Origin: a virus
DNA length: 64,000 nt
Strand: one strand, 5' to 3'
IMG/VR virus record: IMGVR_UViG_3300044911_000926
Coordinates: 2,908-66,907 of that record
The notes under the pieces are model-generated. The model had not been told where the DNA came from, searched no databases, and was given only the letters and a program-made list of their open reading frames with translations. The position numbers and the translations under genes were made by a program. The stretch's first letter is position 1, and the number at the start of each line of letters is the position of its first letter. Positions 1 through 7,073 of this stretch are shown piece by piece.

Positions 1-150
1 GTCACGACGGGTGTGACACGAGAACGACTTGTCCTTCCGTTCGCAGCGCCAGTTACCCGACGTGTCCCGGAATACGACGTAAGGAACGCCGAAGTACACG
101 GCATTGTCCTTGGCTTGGCGTAACGCCGCTTTGTAGCTGTTGGCGAGCAA
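1..150 (-). CDS. hypothetical phage protein (runs off window edge)
   Basis: TTG start with GAGGAG RBS; MLANSYKAALRQAKDNAVYFGVPYVVF... open to position 1. Confidence 0.55.
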   Translation of the reverse strand, partial: MLANSYKAALRQAKDNAVYFGVPYVVFRDTSGNWRCERKDKSFSCHTRRD

Positions 151-164
151 TTTGTACTCCTCGG

Positions 165-356
165 TTAGCGTGACTGGACAGGTTCGATGTAGCACCCCTT
201 ATTCGGGCCTAATTCGTGCTTATCGGCGTGCATCTGGTCGGTTGCCTCTCTCCGGGCAAGGCTGGTGCTTCCGGCCTCTACGACGAAACTACGAGGGCCT
301 CCGGACTTACGGTCGGTATAGTGTCGGACTTGAAAGAACGTGACTTTGTAGAGCAT
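165..356 (-). CDS. small protein, DpnD/PcfM-like (Y.VT...VEA.S..A motif)
   Basis: ATG at 356 after GGGAG; MLYKVTF...VVEAGSTSLAR; resembles 5127-5312 and 6793-6981. Confidence 0.6.
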   Translation of the reverse strand: MLYKVTFFQVRHYTDRKSGGPRSFVVEAGSTSLARREATDQMHADKHELGPNKGCYIEPVQSR

Positions 357-365
357 TGTGAACTC

Positions 366-430
366 CCAGGCTTGTGACTGGCTCAACACTGTGTTGAGGC
401 CGCATTATGCCCCGAAGGGCACACTCTGCG
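366..430 (-). ncRNA. twister ribozyme (P5-type permutation), copy 1
   Basis: CGCA GA GUG UGCCC-UUCG-GGGCA UAA UGCG GC [P3 CUCAACA/UGUUGAG] CCAG UCACAAGC CUGG; all twister core elements present; predicted cut U407/A406. Confidence 0.92.
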
Positions 431-847
431 TTACTCGAAGCGAACCATGCCGTCGTAGATGTACAGGTAGCACTCGCTGAACTTGTTAGCAATGTCGGAC
501 AACTTGTCCTTAACAGAGTCATCCCACCTGCCACAATCCCAGAAACCCGTACCGTGACCGTTGCGGGTCAACCAGAAGTCGTGACCGGCTAGGTCTAGGT
601 AATTCCATTCACCGGACTCTCGAAGGCAGTTGTCGCTGCACAACATGTCACCGGCTAACTCCCTGAACTTGTTACAGTCCTCGACGATCTTCTTGAGCGA
701 GTCAGGATGAATGTCGTGACCGCTGTACCGGTTCTCGAAAGGCTCGTCGAAATGTTCATCATCATCGTCTCTACTGATCGTCTCTGACCACAAGGCAGCA
801 ACGATGTAAGCCTTGGTGAATCGGTCAAGGCTGTCAAAGTTTGACAT
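431..847 (-). CDS. conserved phage hypothetical protein
   Basis: 138 aa, GGAG RBS, YIVAALWS...AGHDFWLTRNGHGTGFWD motif seen in phage early genes. Confidence 0.85.
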   Translation of the reverse strand: MSNFDSLDRFTKAYIVAALWSETISRDDDDEHFDEPFENRYSGHDIHPDSLKKIVEDCNKFRELAGDMLCSDNCLRESGEWNYLDLAGHDFWLTRNGHGTGFWDCGRWDDSVKDKLSDIANKFSECYLYIYDGMVRFE

Positions 848-867
848 AGCAATACTCCAGATAGGGT

Positions 868-928
868 TAGTGAAACCAAGCAGTCCCCTAGACGCTGCTG
901 CTGAACAGGGGATAGTCAGGTGCCACTA
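868..928 (-). ncRNA. unrecognised structured hairpin with AGCAGCAGC loop, copy 1
   Basis: outer stem UAGUGGCACC/GGUUUCACUA, inner stem UCCCCUG/UAGGGGA (G-U pair only on minus strand), 15-nt loop. Confidence 0.7.
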
Positions 929-979
929 GGCTCGGATCAGGTATTCTTCGTCACCGAAGTTGACAACGTGGTAGTCCGC
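875..979. repeat. direct repeat of ~1655-1762 (3' end of ArdA-like gene plus hairpin motif)
   Basis: 875-929 = 1655-1709 (55 bp identical); 933-961 = 1716-1744 (29 bp identical); encodes orphan ADYHVVNFGDEEYLIRA*. Confidence 0.95.
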
Positions 980-1004
980 TCGGTGTCAAATGTGGGTGCT
1001 TCGA

Positions 1005-1616
1005 CTACTTGCTCCCAACCGACTTCATCAGCGCCTCTGTGGCCTTTCGCTTCAACCATACAGAGATTCTCTTTTCTGACCATTCTGGCAGATGCTCGTC
1101 CACAGTGAAATTGATCCTTGCTTCGATGCCATTGCGAATCTTGACCGTAACGCTTGGCTCTGCCTCGTCTTTCAGTTGGTCGAAGGAATGGAATCCATCG
1201 ATACACGACTTGTTGGTGAGGGAAATATATTCTGCGACTTCCGAAGGTGCTTCCTTTGGGTCGATCCAAGGGCCTTTTCCTCGACGACGAACACCGGAAA
1301 CCTTGAGTCCTTGCGTTTTTGCTCCGATCCAGTTGCGGACTCTCGCTTGCCATCGTCGAGATACTTTCCCGCTGCTTGGCAGAGAGAATTGCCCGACCGG
1401 GTCTTTCCCTTCCCGAGCGACATAGCGGTAGTAGTCTCGCCACGCTTGAAGCTCTTGCTCGGCAGTTGGGACATCGGACTCGTCGCAGTCCTCGTGGTTC
1501 CCGTCACTGTCGCATTCGGAGTACGTTCCGTCGTCTGGATAGTACCAGTAGTGTGACAGATGCCATGTGTCGCAGTCGTCACAGAAGTACGGGATTGTTG
1601 AGATAATGTCATACAC
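1005..1616 (-). CDS. hypothetical protein
   Basis: 203 aa ORF, AAGGA RBS, N-terminal CxxC, lies between the two repeat copies. Confidence 0.75.
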   Translation of the reverse strand: MYDIISTIPYFCDDCDTWHLSHYWYYPDDGTYSECDSDGNHEDCDESDVPTAEQELQAWRDYYRYVAREGKDPVGQFSLPSSGKVSRRWQARVRNWIGAKTQGLKVSGVRRRGKGPWIDPKEAPSEVAEYISLTNKSCIDGFHSFDQLKDEAEPSVTVKIRNGIEARINFTVDEHLPEWSEKRISVWLKRKATEALMKSVGSK

Positions 1617-1649
1617 GACTTGTTCCTTGTGGTTCGAGTATTGAAGCAG

Positions 1650-1706
1650 GTAACACCAAGCAGTCCCCTAGACGCTGCTGCTGAACAGGGGATAGTCAGG
1701 TGCCAC
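1650..1706 (-). ncRNA. AGCAGCAGC-loop hairpin, copy 2
   Basis: outer stem GUGGCACC/GGUGUUAC; inner stem and loop identical to copy 1. Confidence 0.7.
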
Positions 1707-2092
1707 TAGCAGGAACGGATCAGGTATTCTTCGTCACCGAAGTTAACTACGCTGTAGTCTGCTTCCATGTTGTCGGCAGTCGCTTCCCAGTCGATGACGA
1801 TCCAACTAGGTAAGTCTTTTGGTATATAGCCGATGTCCTCAAGCAACTGCTGACAATACTCGACCCAGTAGTTACGGTGGATCAACGTCTCTCCATGCTC
1901 CCAGTCACCGCATCCTTCGCACTCCTCGATGAGTTCCTTGAGGGTTTCATACTCCGCTTCGTCATCAAAGTCCCACTCATCGGTATCTTGTGTTGCATCC
2001 TCTAACATATCACGCCTGCTCTGAAGTTCCTCGAAGCGAGCGATGACATCACGGCTGTCGATGACTTTGTCACCAGGTTCTGGTGTGGACAT
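1706..2092 (-). CDS. ardA: ArdA-like anti-restriction protein (acidic DNA mimic)
   Basis: very acidic; YCQQLLEDIGYIPKDLPSWIVIDWEATADNMEADY resembles the ArdA C-terminal domain. Confidence 0.7.
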   Translation of the reverse strand: MSTPEPGDKVIDSRDVIARFEELQSRRDMLEDATQDTDEWDFDDEAEYETLKELIEECEGCGDWEHGETLIHRNYWVEYCQQLLEDIGYIPKDLPSWIVIDWEATADNMEADYSVVNFGDEEYLIRSC

Positions 2093-2153
2093 TGTCTTGT
2101 TCTCCTAAGTAGTGGTAGTTGTGAAAATTTCGAAACATTATCGACCTGAACCG

Positions 2154-2468
2154 TCAGTTGGAATCTAGGTCACTCGGTCGATCGAACCGCAGATTGAAGG
2201 CAGCCTCGAACAGATCGTCAGGCCAAGGCTGTATGAATCCACCCTTTACGTCAACGTCGATCTTCACGTCCTTGCAGAACAGTTGAAGCTCGTCCGTTCG
2301 GAGGTCTCCGCTGCGGACTGCCTGAAGCAACCGCAGGATGTAGTGCTCGGAGCCTGTTAGCCGACTTATATCGGCTACTCTCCGATGGTTCCTGATGTCG
2401 CATTCGGCCTTAGCAATCTCCTGCTTGAAGTGATCGCATTGAAACTCGTCGTAATAGACGGTGATCAT
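2154..2468 (-). CDS. hypothetical protein
   Basis: 104 aa, GGAG RBS, in operon. Confidence 0.75.
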   Translation of the reverse strand: MITVYYDEFQCDHFKQEIAKAECDIRNHRRVADISRLTGSEHYILRLLQAVRSGDLRTDELQLFCKDVKIDVDVKGGFIQPWPDDLFEAAFNLRFDRPSDLDSN

Positions 2469-2495
2469 TGTCTTGCTCTCCAGGGTTGGTGGTGG

Positions 2496-2828
2496 TCAGT
2501 GAAAGCCGCGAAGCGTTTTGTACAACGCCCTGGCTTCGTTGCCGATTCGCATTGCCTCGTCCTTGTCTACAGGTCTGTTGCATCCGGCTGCCGTAAGCTC
2601 AGAGTCAGCATGGACCAGAATCTGTCGTGCATCCCTCAGCCGAAACGTCATCCAGTCAAGAGCGGCAAGTAATTGACCCTCTGCAACTTCGTTTCCACGC
2701 CGTAGGTTTTCCGCCATGTCGGCTATCATCGCAGGCACATTCCACTTGTCGGGCTTGTTCATGCAGTCCATCGTCTCTGCATAACCGGCTGGAACATATT
2801 CGTTTCCGTCATCATCTCGGACTGTCAT
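2496..2828 (-). CDS. hypothetical protein
   Basis: 110 aa, GAGG RBS. Confidence 0.75.
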   Translation of the reverse strand: MTVRDDDGNEYVPAGYAETMDCMNKPDKWNVPAMIADMAENLRRGNEVAEGQLLAALDWMTFRLRDARQILVHADSELTAAGCNRPVDKDEAMRIGNEARALYKTLRGFH

Positions 2829-2852
2829 CGATCTGTCCTCTATCTGGTAAGG

Positions 2853-2909
2853 GTAAAACCAACAATCCCCACGAGTGCTGCTGCTAAACGTGGGGCGAGC
2901 AGGGTTTAC
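2853..2909 (-). ncRNA. AGCAGCAGC-loop hairpin, copy 3
   Basis: inner stem CCCCACG/CGUGGGG, loop UUUAGCAGCAGCACU, outer stem GUAAACC/GGUUUUAC. Confidence 0.7.
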
Positions 2910-3448
2910 TCTACACGACGACGAACACGGATCTCGTCAGGACCGATCATTCTGTACCATTCGTAGTGACCGACATAGACGATGCCAGAGTCGGTCGCAT
3001 TGGGCTGGTACTGGTACGCTTCGTCGAGTTCCCAGTTGTCCCAATGGTGGCTCTTTGATGCTCCGACCTGAAAGTAAAACTTACACCAACGAGTGCAGAA
3101 GCAACGTAGCTGGTAGTCGTTCTCGTAACCCATGTTGACCATGCGTTCGAGCAACTTGTCGAAGGCGTTGTACGCTTCGTGAATCTCGTCCATCGGCACT
3201 GGCTTCAAGAGGTCAAGCCAGATGTCGTAGGCGACGTGTTCGCTGTCGGCACAGATCAGGTGAGTTGGTCCGTACTCGAAACCGAACAGGAACATCATGC
3301 CGTCACCGATGGCATCATTGCCGTAGTATTCGACCTTGGTTAAGTGGTCACGATCCTTGTCGTAGTAAAAGAAGTCGAACTTTGCCATGCCGTTGATGAG
3401 GTCAACGACATCAGCAAGGTTGATGTCAGATGTATGCGTTTCTGTCAT
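2906..3448 (-). CDS. hypothetical protein
   Basis: ATG at 3448 (MTETHTSD...) after a GGAAG leader like neighbouring genes. Confidence 0.75.
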   Translation of the reverse strand: MTETHTSDINLADVVDLINGMAKFDFFYYDKDRDHLTKVEYYGNDAIGDGMMFLFGFEYGPTHLICADSEHVAYDIWLDLLKPVPMDEIHEAYNAFDKLLERMVNMGYENDYQLRCFCTRWCKFYFQVGASKSHHWDNWELDEAYQYQPNATDSGIVYVGHYEWYRMIGPDEIRVRRRVE

Positions 3449-3472
3449 AGCAATCTTCCAGGTTAAAGGGGT

Positions 3473-3533
3473 AAGTGAAACCAACTATGCCGCGAGACGC
3501 TGCTGCTGGGTCGCGGCGAGGCAGGGTCCACTC
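3473..3533 (-). ncRNA. AGCAGCAGC-loop hairpin, copy 4
   Basis: inner stem GCCGCGA/UCGCGGC, loop CCCAGCAGCAGCGUC, outer stem GAGUGGACC/GGUUUCACUU. Confidence 0.7.
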
Positions 3534-4170
3534 AACGAGGGGAACTGGGGTGAAGTCGGTCGCGGCGAGCCTTCCACAGAAGGCGTGCAAGGTCGTCACG
3601 CGGGATCTGTCCAGACTCGACCCTAATACTGACTCCGCTTCCGTCGTCGTAATACGGTTCGGTAGCGTACTTCAAGAACAGTTCTCGCAAGTCATCGTTG
3701 CTAACGTCATCGAGCAGCGATCTGGTCGATTCGTAGAGAGCGAAGTCATCGGAAAGGCGATCGCGGAATCCGGTGCATCCCCAACTATCCCACGACTGCT
3801 CAAATTCCTCCCACTCACGATTAGACCAATCTTGGTCGTCGAGTGCTGGGTAATTCTCCAGCGATCGAGCCATGTCATAGGCTGACTTGAGAGCCTTCTC
3901 ATCCTCTGGCGATACGATGATGATCTCGTACCAACCTGGTCCCCAATGACCGAATCGGTGGACTTCGACAGTCTCAGACTCGCCACCTAGACCGTCTAGG
4001 AACGAATGGAAATTGGACTCGTCTAACGGTCCACTGTCACGGGTTCTGCTGACTGGCATGACGAACCACTTGGAACGTTCCGTGTCCTCGTCGTCGATGT
4101 TGATGTTGCGATCAAAGGCGGTAGGGCTATGGTCGCCGTATCGCTCGAAGCAATCGTCGTACACTGACAT
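3532..4170 (-). CDS. conserved acidic phage hypothetical protein
   Basis: 212 aa; RTRDS..LDESNF...HRFGHWGPGWYE...LENYPALDD motif. Confidence 0.85.
   Translation of the reverse strand: MSVYDDCFERYGDHSPTAFDRNINIDDEDTERSKWFVMPVSRTRDSGPLDESNFHSFLDGLGGESETVEVHRFGHWGPGWYEIIIVSPEDEKALKSAYDMARSLENYPALDDQDWSNREWEEFEQSWDSWGCTGFRDRLSDDFALYESTRSLLDDVSNDDLRELFLKYATEPYYDDGSGVSIRVESGQIPRDDLARLLWKARRDRLHPSSPR
3535..3554 (-). promoter_or_regulatory. TTCAC-N5-TTCCCCTCGT motif (putative phage-sigma promoter)
   Basis: one of 7 exact copies, all co-oriented with downstream genes. Confidence 0.65.
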
Positions 4171-4180
4171 TGCAATTCTC

Positions 4181-4251
4181 CCAGGCTTGTGACTGGTTGC
4201 TCACATCGAGCAAGCCGCATTAAGCCCTGCACAGGCAAGGCTCACTCTGCG
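4181..4251 (-). ncRNA. twister ribozyme (P5-type), copy 2
   Basis: CGCA GA GUG AGCCUUGC/GCAGGGCU UAA UGCG GC UUGCUC/GAGCAA CCAG UCACAAGC CUGG; predicted cut 4222/4221. Confidence 0.92.
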
Positions 4252-4809
4252 TTAGGACTTCGGAGTGTAGATACACTCGTCGTTGTCTACTCGGTAGACA
4301 GGGTAAGGGCACTTGCCTTCCTCGAACCAGTCAGGGCCGAAGCAGTAAGCCTTGGCACCGTCATCACAAGGATTCTTGAGGTAACAGGCACCGGGAGCAC
4401 AGGGAGAGCAGAACTGTGCTCTGGTGTAGTAGATCGACTTGGTGATGAAGATGTCAGGACTATCGTAACCCTGCTCTGCCGTGATCTCCTCATCGTCAAC
4501 AAAGTGTGACTGAGGCTCATCGCCGTATGCGTACTCGCTCCCCATGTAGTGTTCACAGCGTTGGCAGGCGTAGTCTCGGTCGATCGTCCTGCGGTAGTCG
4601 TCGTAACTCTCGTGCTTTGACTCGTCGTACTCCACTGCATCACCGCCACAATTGGGACACGCTGGACTGCCGTAGAACCCTTCAGCAGACTCGTACCACG
4701 CACTGCCAACAGCATGGTGAGGGATGACACCGTATCGAATATCGGCGTCTCGGTCGATGTTTGACATACCCATGCCGTAGTCAATACCGCGATAATCAGT
4801 CTTGGACAT
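4252..4809 (-). CDS. Cys-rich (Zn-binding) phage hypothetical protein
   Basis: ATG 4809 with GGAG; CPNC, CQRC and CSPCAPGAC motifs. Confidence 0.8.
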   Translation of the reverse strand: MSKTDYRGIDYGMGMSNIDRDADIRYGVIPHHAVGSAWYESAEGFYGSPACPNCGGDAVEYDESKHESYDDYRRTIDRDYACQRCEHYMGSEYAYGDEPQSHFVDDEEITAEQGYDSPDIFITKSIYYTRAQFCSPCAPGACYLKNPCDDGAKAYCFGPDWFEEGKCPYPVYRVDNDECIYTPKS

Positions 4810-4837
4810 ACTAAAACTCCAGAACAAGGGAATGGAC

Positions 4838-4853
4838 GCGACCCCGGGGTCGC
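4838..4853. repeat. perfect palindrome GCGACCCCGGGGTCGC, copy 1
   Basis: exact 16-mer, 19 bp downstream of promoter-like motif 4873-4892. Confidence 0.95.
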
Positions 4854-4872
4854 ATTGAAAACCGGACACCAA

Positions 4873-4892
4873 ACGAGGGGAAACGGGGTGAA
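4873..4892 (-). promoter_or_regulatory. TTCAC-N5-TTCCCCTCGT motif
   Basis: exact copy, intergenic. Confidence 0.65.
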
Positions 4893-4899
4893 GTCGGCC

Positions 4900-5130
4900 T
4901 CAGAGCCGGTTCTTGTAGCCGATCGTCCGCGTCACGCCACGGAACCTGACTTTGTTGCCAACGATACGAAACTTGACGTGTTCAACATTCTTGATTCCCC
5001 ATCCGTATTCAACCTCGACAGTGTCTTTGTCAAGGTTGATCGACCGGACATTGCCACGTCCGTACTGCCAGTTGATACGCTTGATCGTGTCCTCAAGCTG
5101 ATCTAGGTCTATCTTTGCAGGCATTATCAA
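4900..5130 (-). CDS. hypothetical protein
   Basis: 76 aa, overlaps the upstream stop codon. Confidence 0.7.
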   Translation of the reverse strand: MIMPAKIDLDQLEDTIKRINWQYGRGNVRSINLDKDTVEVEYGWGIKNVEHVKFRIVGNKVRFRGVTRTIGYKNRL

Positions 5131-5312
5131 TCTCCAGATGGCTCCACGAGCAGGATTTCTTCGTCACACTCTACTGGAGGAGAATTGAACAAGACTTCTC
5201 CAGATTCAAGCATTTCATTGACTTTTTCCCAAGCGTCATCGCCTGATTCGGCTTCGACAGCCACCCTCTTTGTGTAGCGATCGATCCTCTCAACTGTCAC
5301 GATGTACTGCAT
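5127..5312 (-). CDS. DpnD/PcfM-like small protein
   Basis: MQYIVTVERIDRYTKRVAVEAESGDDAWEKV. Confidence 0.7.
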   Translation of the reverse strand: MQYIVTVERIDRYTKRVAVEAESGDDAWEKVNEMLESGEVLFNSPPVECDEEILLVEPSGD

Positions 5313-5321
5313 AACCAATCT

Positions 5322-5384
5322 CCAGGCTTTGAACTGGCTAGCGAAGTGCTAGGCCGCATTACACCCCGAAGGGTGTCATCTGCG
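5322..5384 (-). ncRNA. twister ribozyme (P5-type), copy 3
   Basis: CGCA GA UGA CACCC-UUCG-GGGUG UAA UGCG GC CUAGC/GCUAG CCAG UUCAAAGC CUGG; T1 pseudoknot covaries (UGA/UCA); predicted cut 5361/5360. Confidence 0.92.
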
Positions 5385-5440
5385 TTTAGTTTCGTCGCAT
5401 GATCTACTCCATAAAACGAGGAAATTGATGTCATCTGCGT

Positions 5441-5752
5441 TCAACTACCAACACCAGTCCTTCGCTCAAGGTCCATCTGCTCCCACTTGCTTCCACACTC
5501 GATGCACATGGACAACGCTACGGCATAGCGATCGTCGTCGATTCCACAAGAAGCAACGCCGAACAGGTCTGCCAACTTGTGCGCCCAGAGGATGCCGACA
5601 GGGTGATTACAGATGTCATCCGTTGCGGTGACTCCAAGGAGCCTGAGTTCATCCATTGCAAAGACAAAACTACGGACAATGCCTAGCGGGTTACATGCGT
5701 CCTGGACATCGACTGCCTCTTTTGCAAGGTGTCCAAACTTATCATCTAACAT
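5441..5752 (-). CDS. hypothetical protein
   Basis: 103 aa, GGGAG RBS; AKEAVDVQDACNPLG motif. Confidence 0.8.
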   Translation of the reverse strand: MLDDKFGHLAKEAVDVQDACNPLGIVRSFVFAMDELRLLGVTATDDICNHPVGILWAHKLADLFGVASCGIDDDRYAVALSMCIECGSKWEQMDLERRTGVGS

Positions 5753-5796
5753 GAAATCTACTCCCGAAAACGAGGAACTCGAAAAACCGACACCAA

Positions 5797-5816
5797 ACGA
5801 GGGGAAACGGCGTGAA
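5797..5816 (-). promoter_or_regulatory. TTCAC-N5-TTCCCCTCGT motif
   Basis: exact copy, intergenic. Confidence 0.65.
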
Positions 5817-5879
5817 ACCGACCTCGGACAACACGCACGCCATCCCCGACGATACCAGCCTATAAAGACCGGGTATCAT

Positions 5880-6420
5880 CAGGTTGGCGATTGCTTGACT
5901 TCAATTGCGTTGTATCAGTGACTCAGGTAACTCGGGCTTATGCTACGGCTTTTTGCTGGAATCGTCTGTGGACCCGGACGCTGGCGTGCTTTACGAGATC
6001 AACTACTCGTTCGTTGCCGGGAAAAACTCCTGATGGAGAAGCCATATTTCACCTCTGTATTCGCCTAGCCCGTCTCGGTCGTGACCGATACTCTAGGCTT
6101 CCTTGACGGTGGGATTAACACCGCTCACTATCACTTTCCGGCTCTGCTTTCTCGGGTGCTACAGCCGGTCAACCGATCCCCGAAGGCTTTGTTATCACCT
6201 AGACAACGCAATTGTCGATTACTCGATCCGTGAAACGCTTACAGCCAAGTGATTGCTCACCTGGCTGTTGGCGTAGACTGTTGTGGCGGAACCCAACGCA
6301 CAACAAGATTCGGTTGATCGTTAAGAGTGTCATGAATTGGGTTCCTTTGCCGCCTTGTCTAAGGGCGACATTAACACTCTATCTACTGTCCCGAAGGAGT
6401 CAATAGGGAAGCGATGAAAA
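5880..6420 (-). ncRNA. large structured ncRNA, ROOL-like
   Basis: ~540 nt with no credible ORF; long-range helices 5902-5913/6203-6214 (12 bp) and 6169-6176/6310-6317 cross each other (pseudoknot); many local hairpins; size and architecture recall ROOL. Confidence 0.65.
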
Positions 6421-6450
6421 TCACCGATTGACACCTTGACGATGGAACCG
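6421..6450. repeat. duplicate of the 3' end of CDS 7074-7292
   Basis: 28/30 identical to 7074-7103 (RFHRQGVNR*). Confidence 0.9.
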
Positions 6451-6753
6451 TTAGGCGTCCTTGGCTTTGGATATCGCTTCGCCGACAGCTTCCAAGACCT
6501 TCGAGTCGCTGAATGGAGCAGGTTGCCCACCAAGCATCCACTTCTGCACCAGTTCACACGCTTCCAGAAGGTCTGGCGCTGCGGCGATCAGCCTAGCGTT
6601 TGCTTGTCGCTGCTCGTTTTCATCCTTGGCTTGAGGGTGACTGTTCAGTTCTGTCGTGCTGGCAATTTGGTATCCACTTGTCGTTTGAACGTGAAATCTT
6701 GGATTGGCTCCACGTCCGAGGTGAAACATCCAAGGTCCAGGTGTGTGTCTCAT
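6451..6753 (-). CDS. conserved phage protein (HTPGPW...ANARLIAAAPDLLEA family)
   Basis: motif widespread in phage early regions. Confidence 0.85.
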   Translation of the reverse strand: MRHTPGPWMFHLGRGANPRFHVQTTSGYQIASTTELNSHPQAKDENEQRQANARLIAAAPDLLEACELVQKWMLGGQPAPFSDSKVLEAVGEAISKAKDA

Positions 6754-6792
6754 TTAGCAATACTCCAATAAAAGGGTGAAACGGACGGGAAT

Positions 6793-6981
6793 CTAGCAAC
6801 CATAGCCCTGACAGGCACCAGTGCCGTTGTCTAGGCAGTATTGGCATTCGGCATACAGGACCGACTCACCATCCTTGGTCGTCAGTTCAACCTTATCAAT
6901 GGCTGACTCAGACGATTCGGCTTCAACAGTGACAGTCTCCAAGAACCGTTCGACACGTTCGACGGTGACTTGATAACGCAT
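6793..6981 (-). CDS. DpnD/PcfM-like small protein
   Basis: MRYQVTVERVERFLETVTVEAESSESAIDKV; GGAG RBS. Confidence 0.7.
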   Translation of the reverse strand: MRYQVTVERVERFLETVTVEAESSESAIDKVELTTKDGESVLYAECQYCLDNGTGACQGYGC

Positions 6982-7008
6982 AGCGATACTCCAGTAGAGG
7001 GGTATAAA

Positions 7009-7072
7009 ACGGGCTTGCAACCGTCTGCCGTAGGGCAGGCCGCATTAACGCCCCGGAGGGCGCTGCTCTGCG
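7009..7072 (-). ncRNA. twister ribozyme (P5-type), copy 4
   Basis: CGCA GA GCA GCGCCC/GGGCGU UAA UGCG GC CUGCC/GGCAG ACGG UUGCAAGC CCGU; T1 covaries (GCA/UGC); predicted cut 7047/7046. Confidence 0.92.
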
Positions 7073-7073
7073 A

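Noticed and set aside
5838-5889. CUGAUGA on the minus strand suggesting a hammerhead ribozyme
   Set aside because: No GAAA follows the next stem; the bases instead lie within one long simple hairpin.
5880-6420. Group I/II intron
   Set aside because: It does not interrupt a gene, and I see no domain V, GUGYG start or P7 core, and no RT or homing endonuclease.
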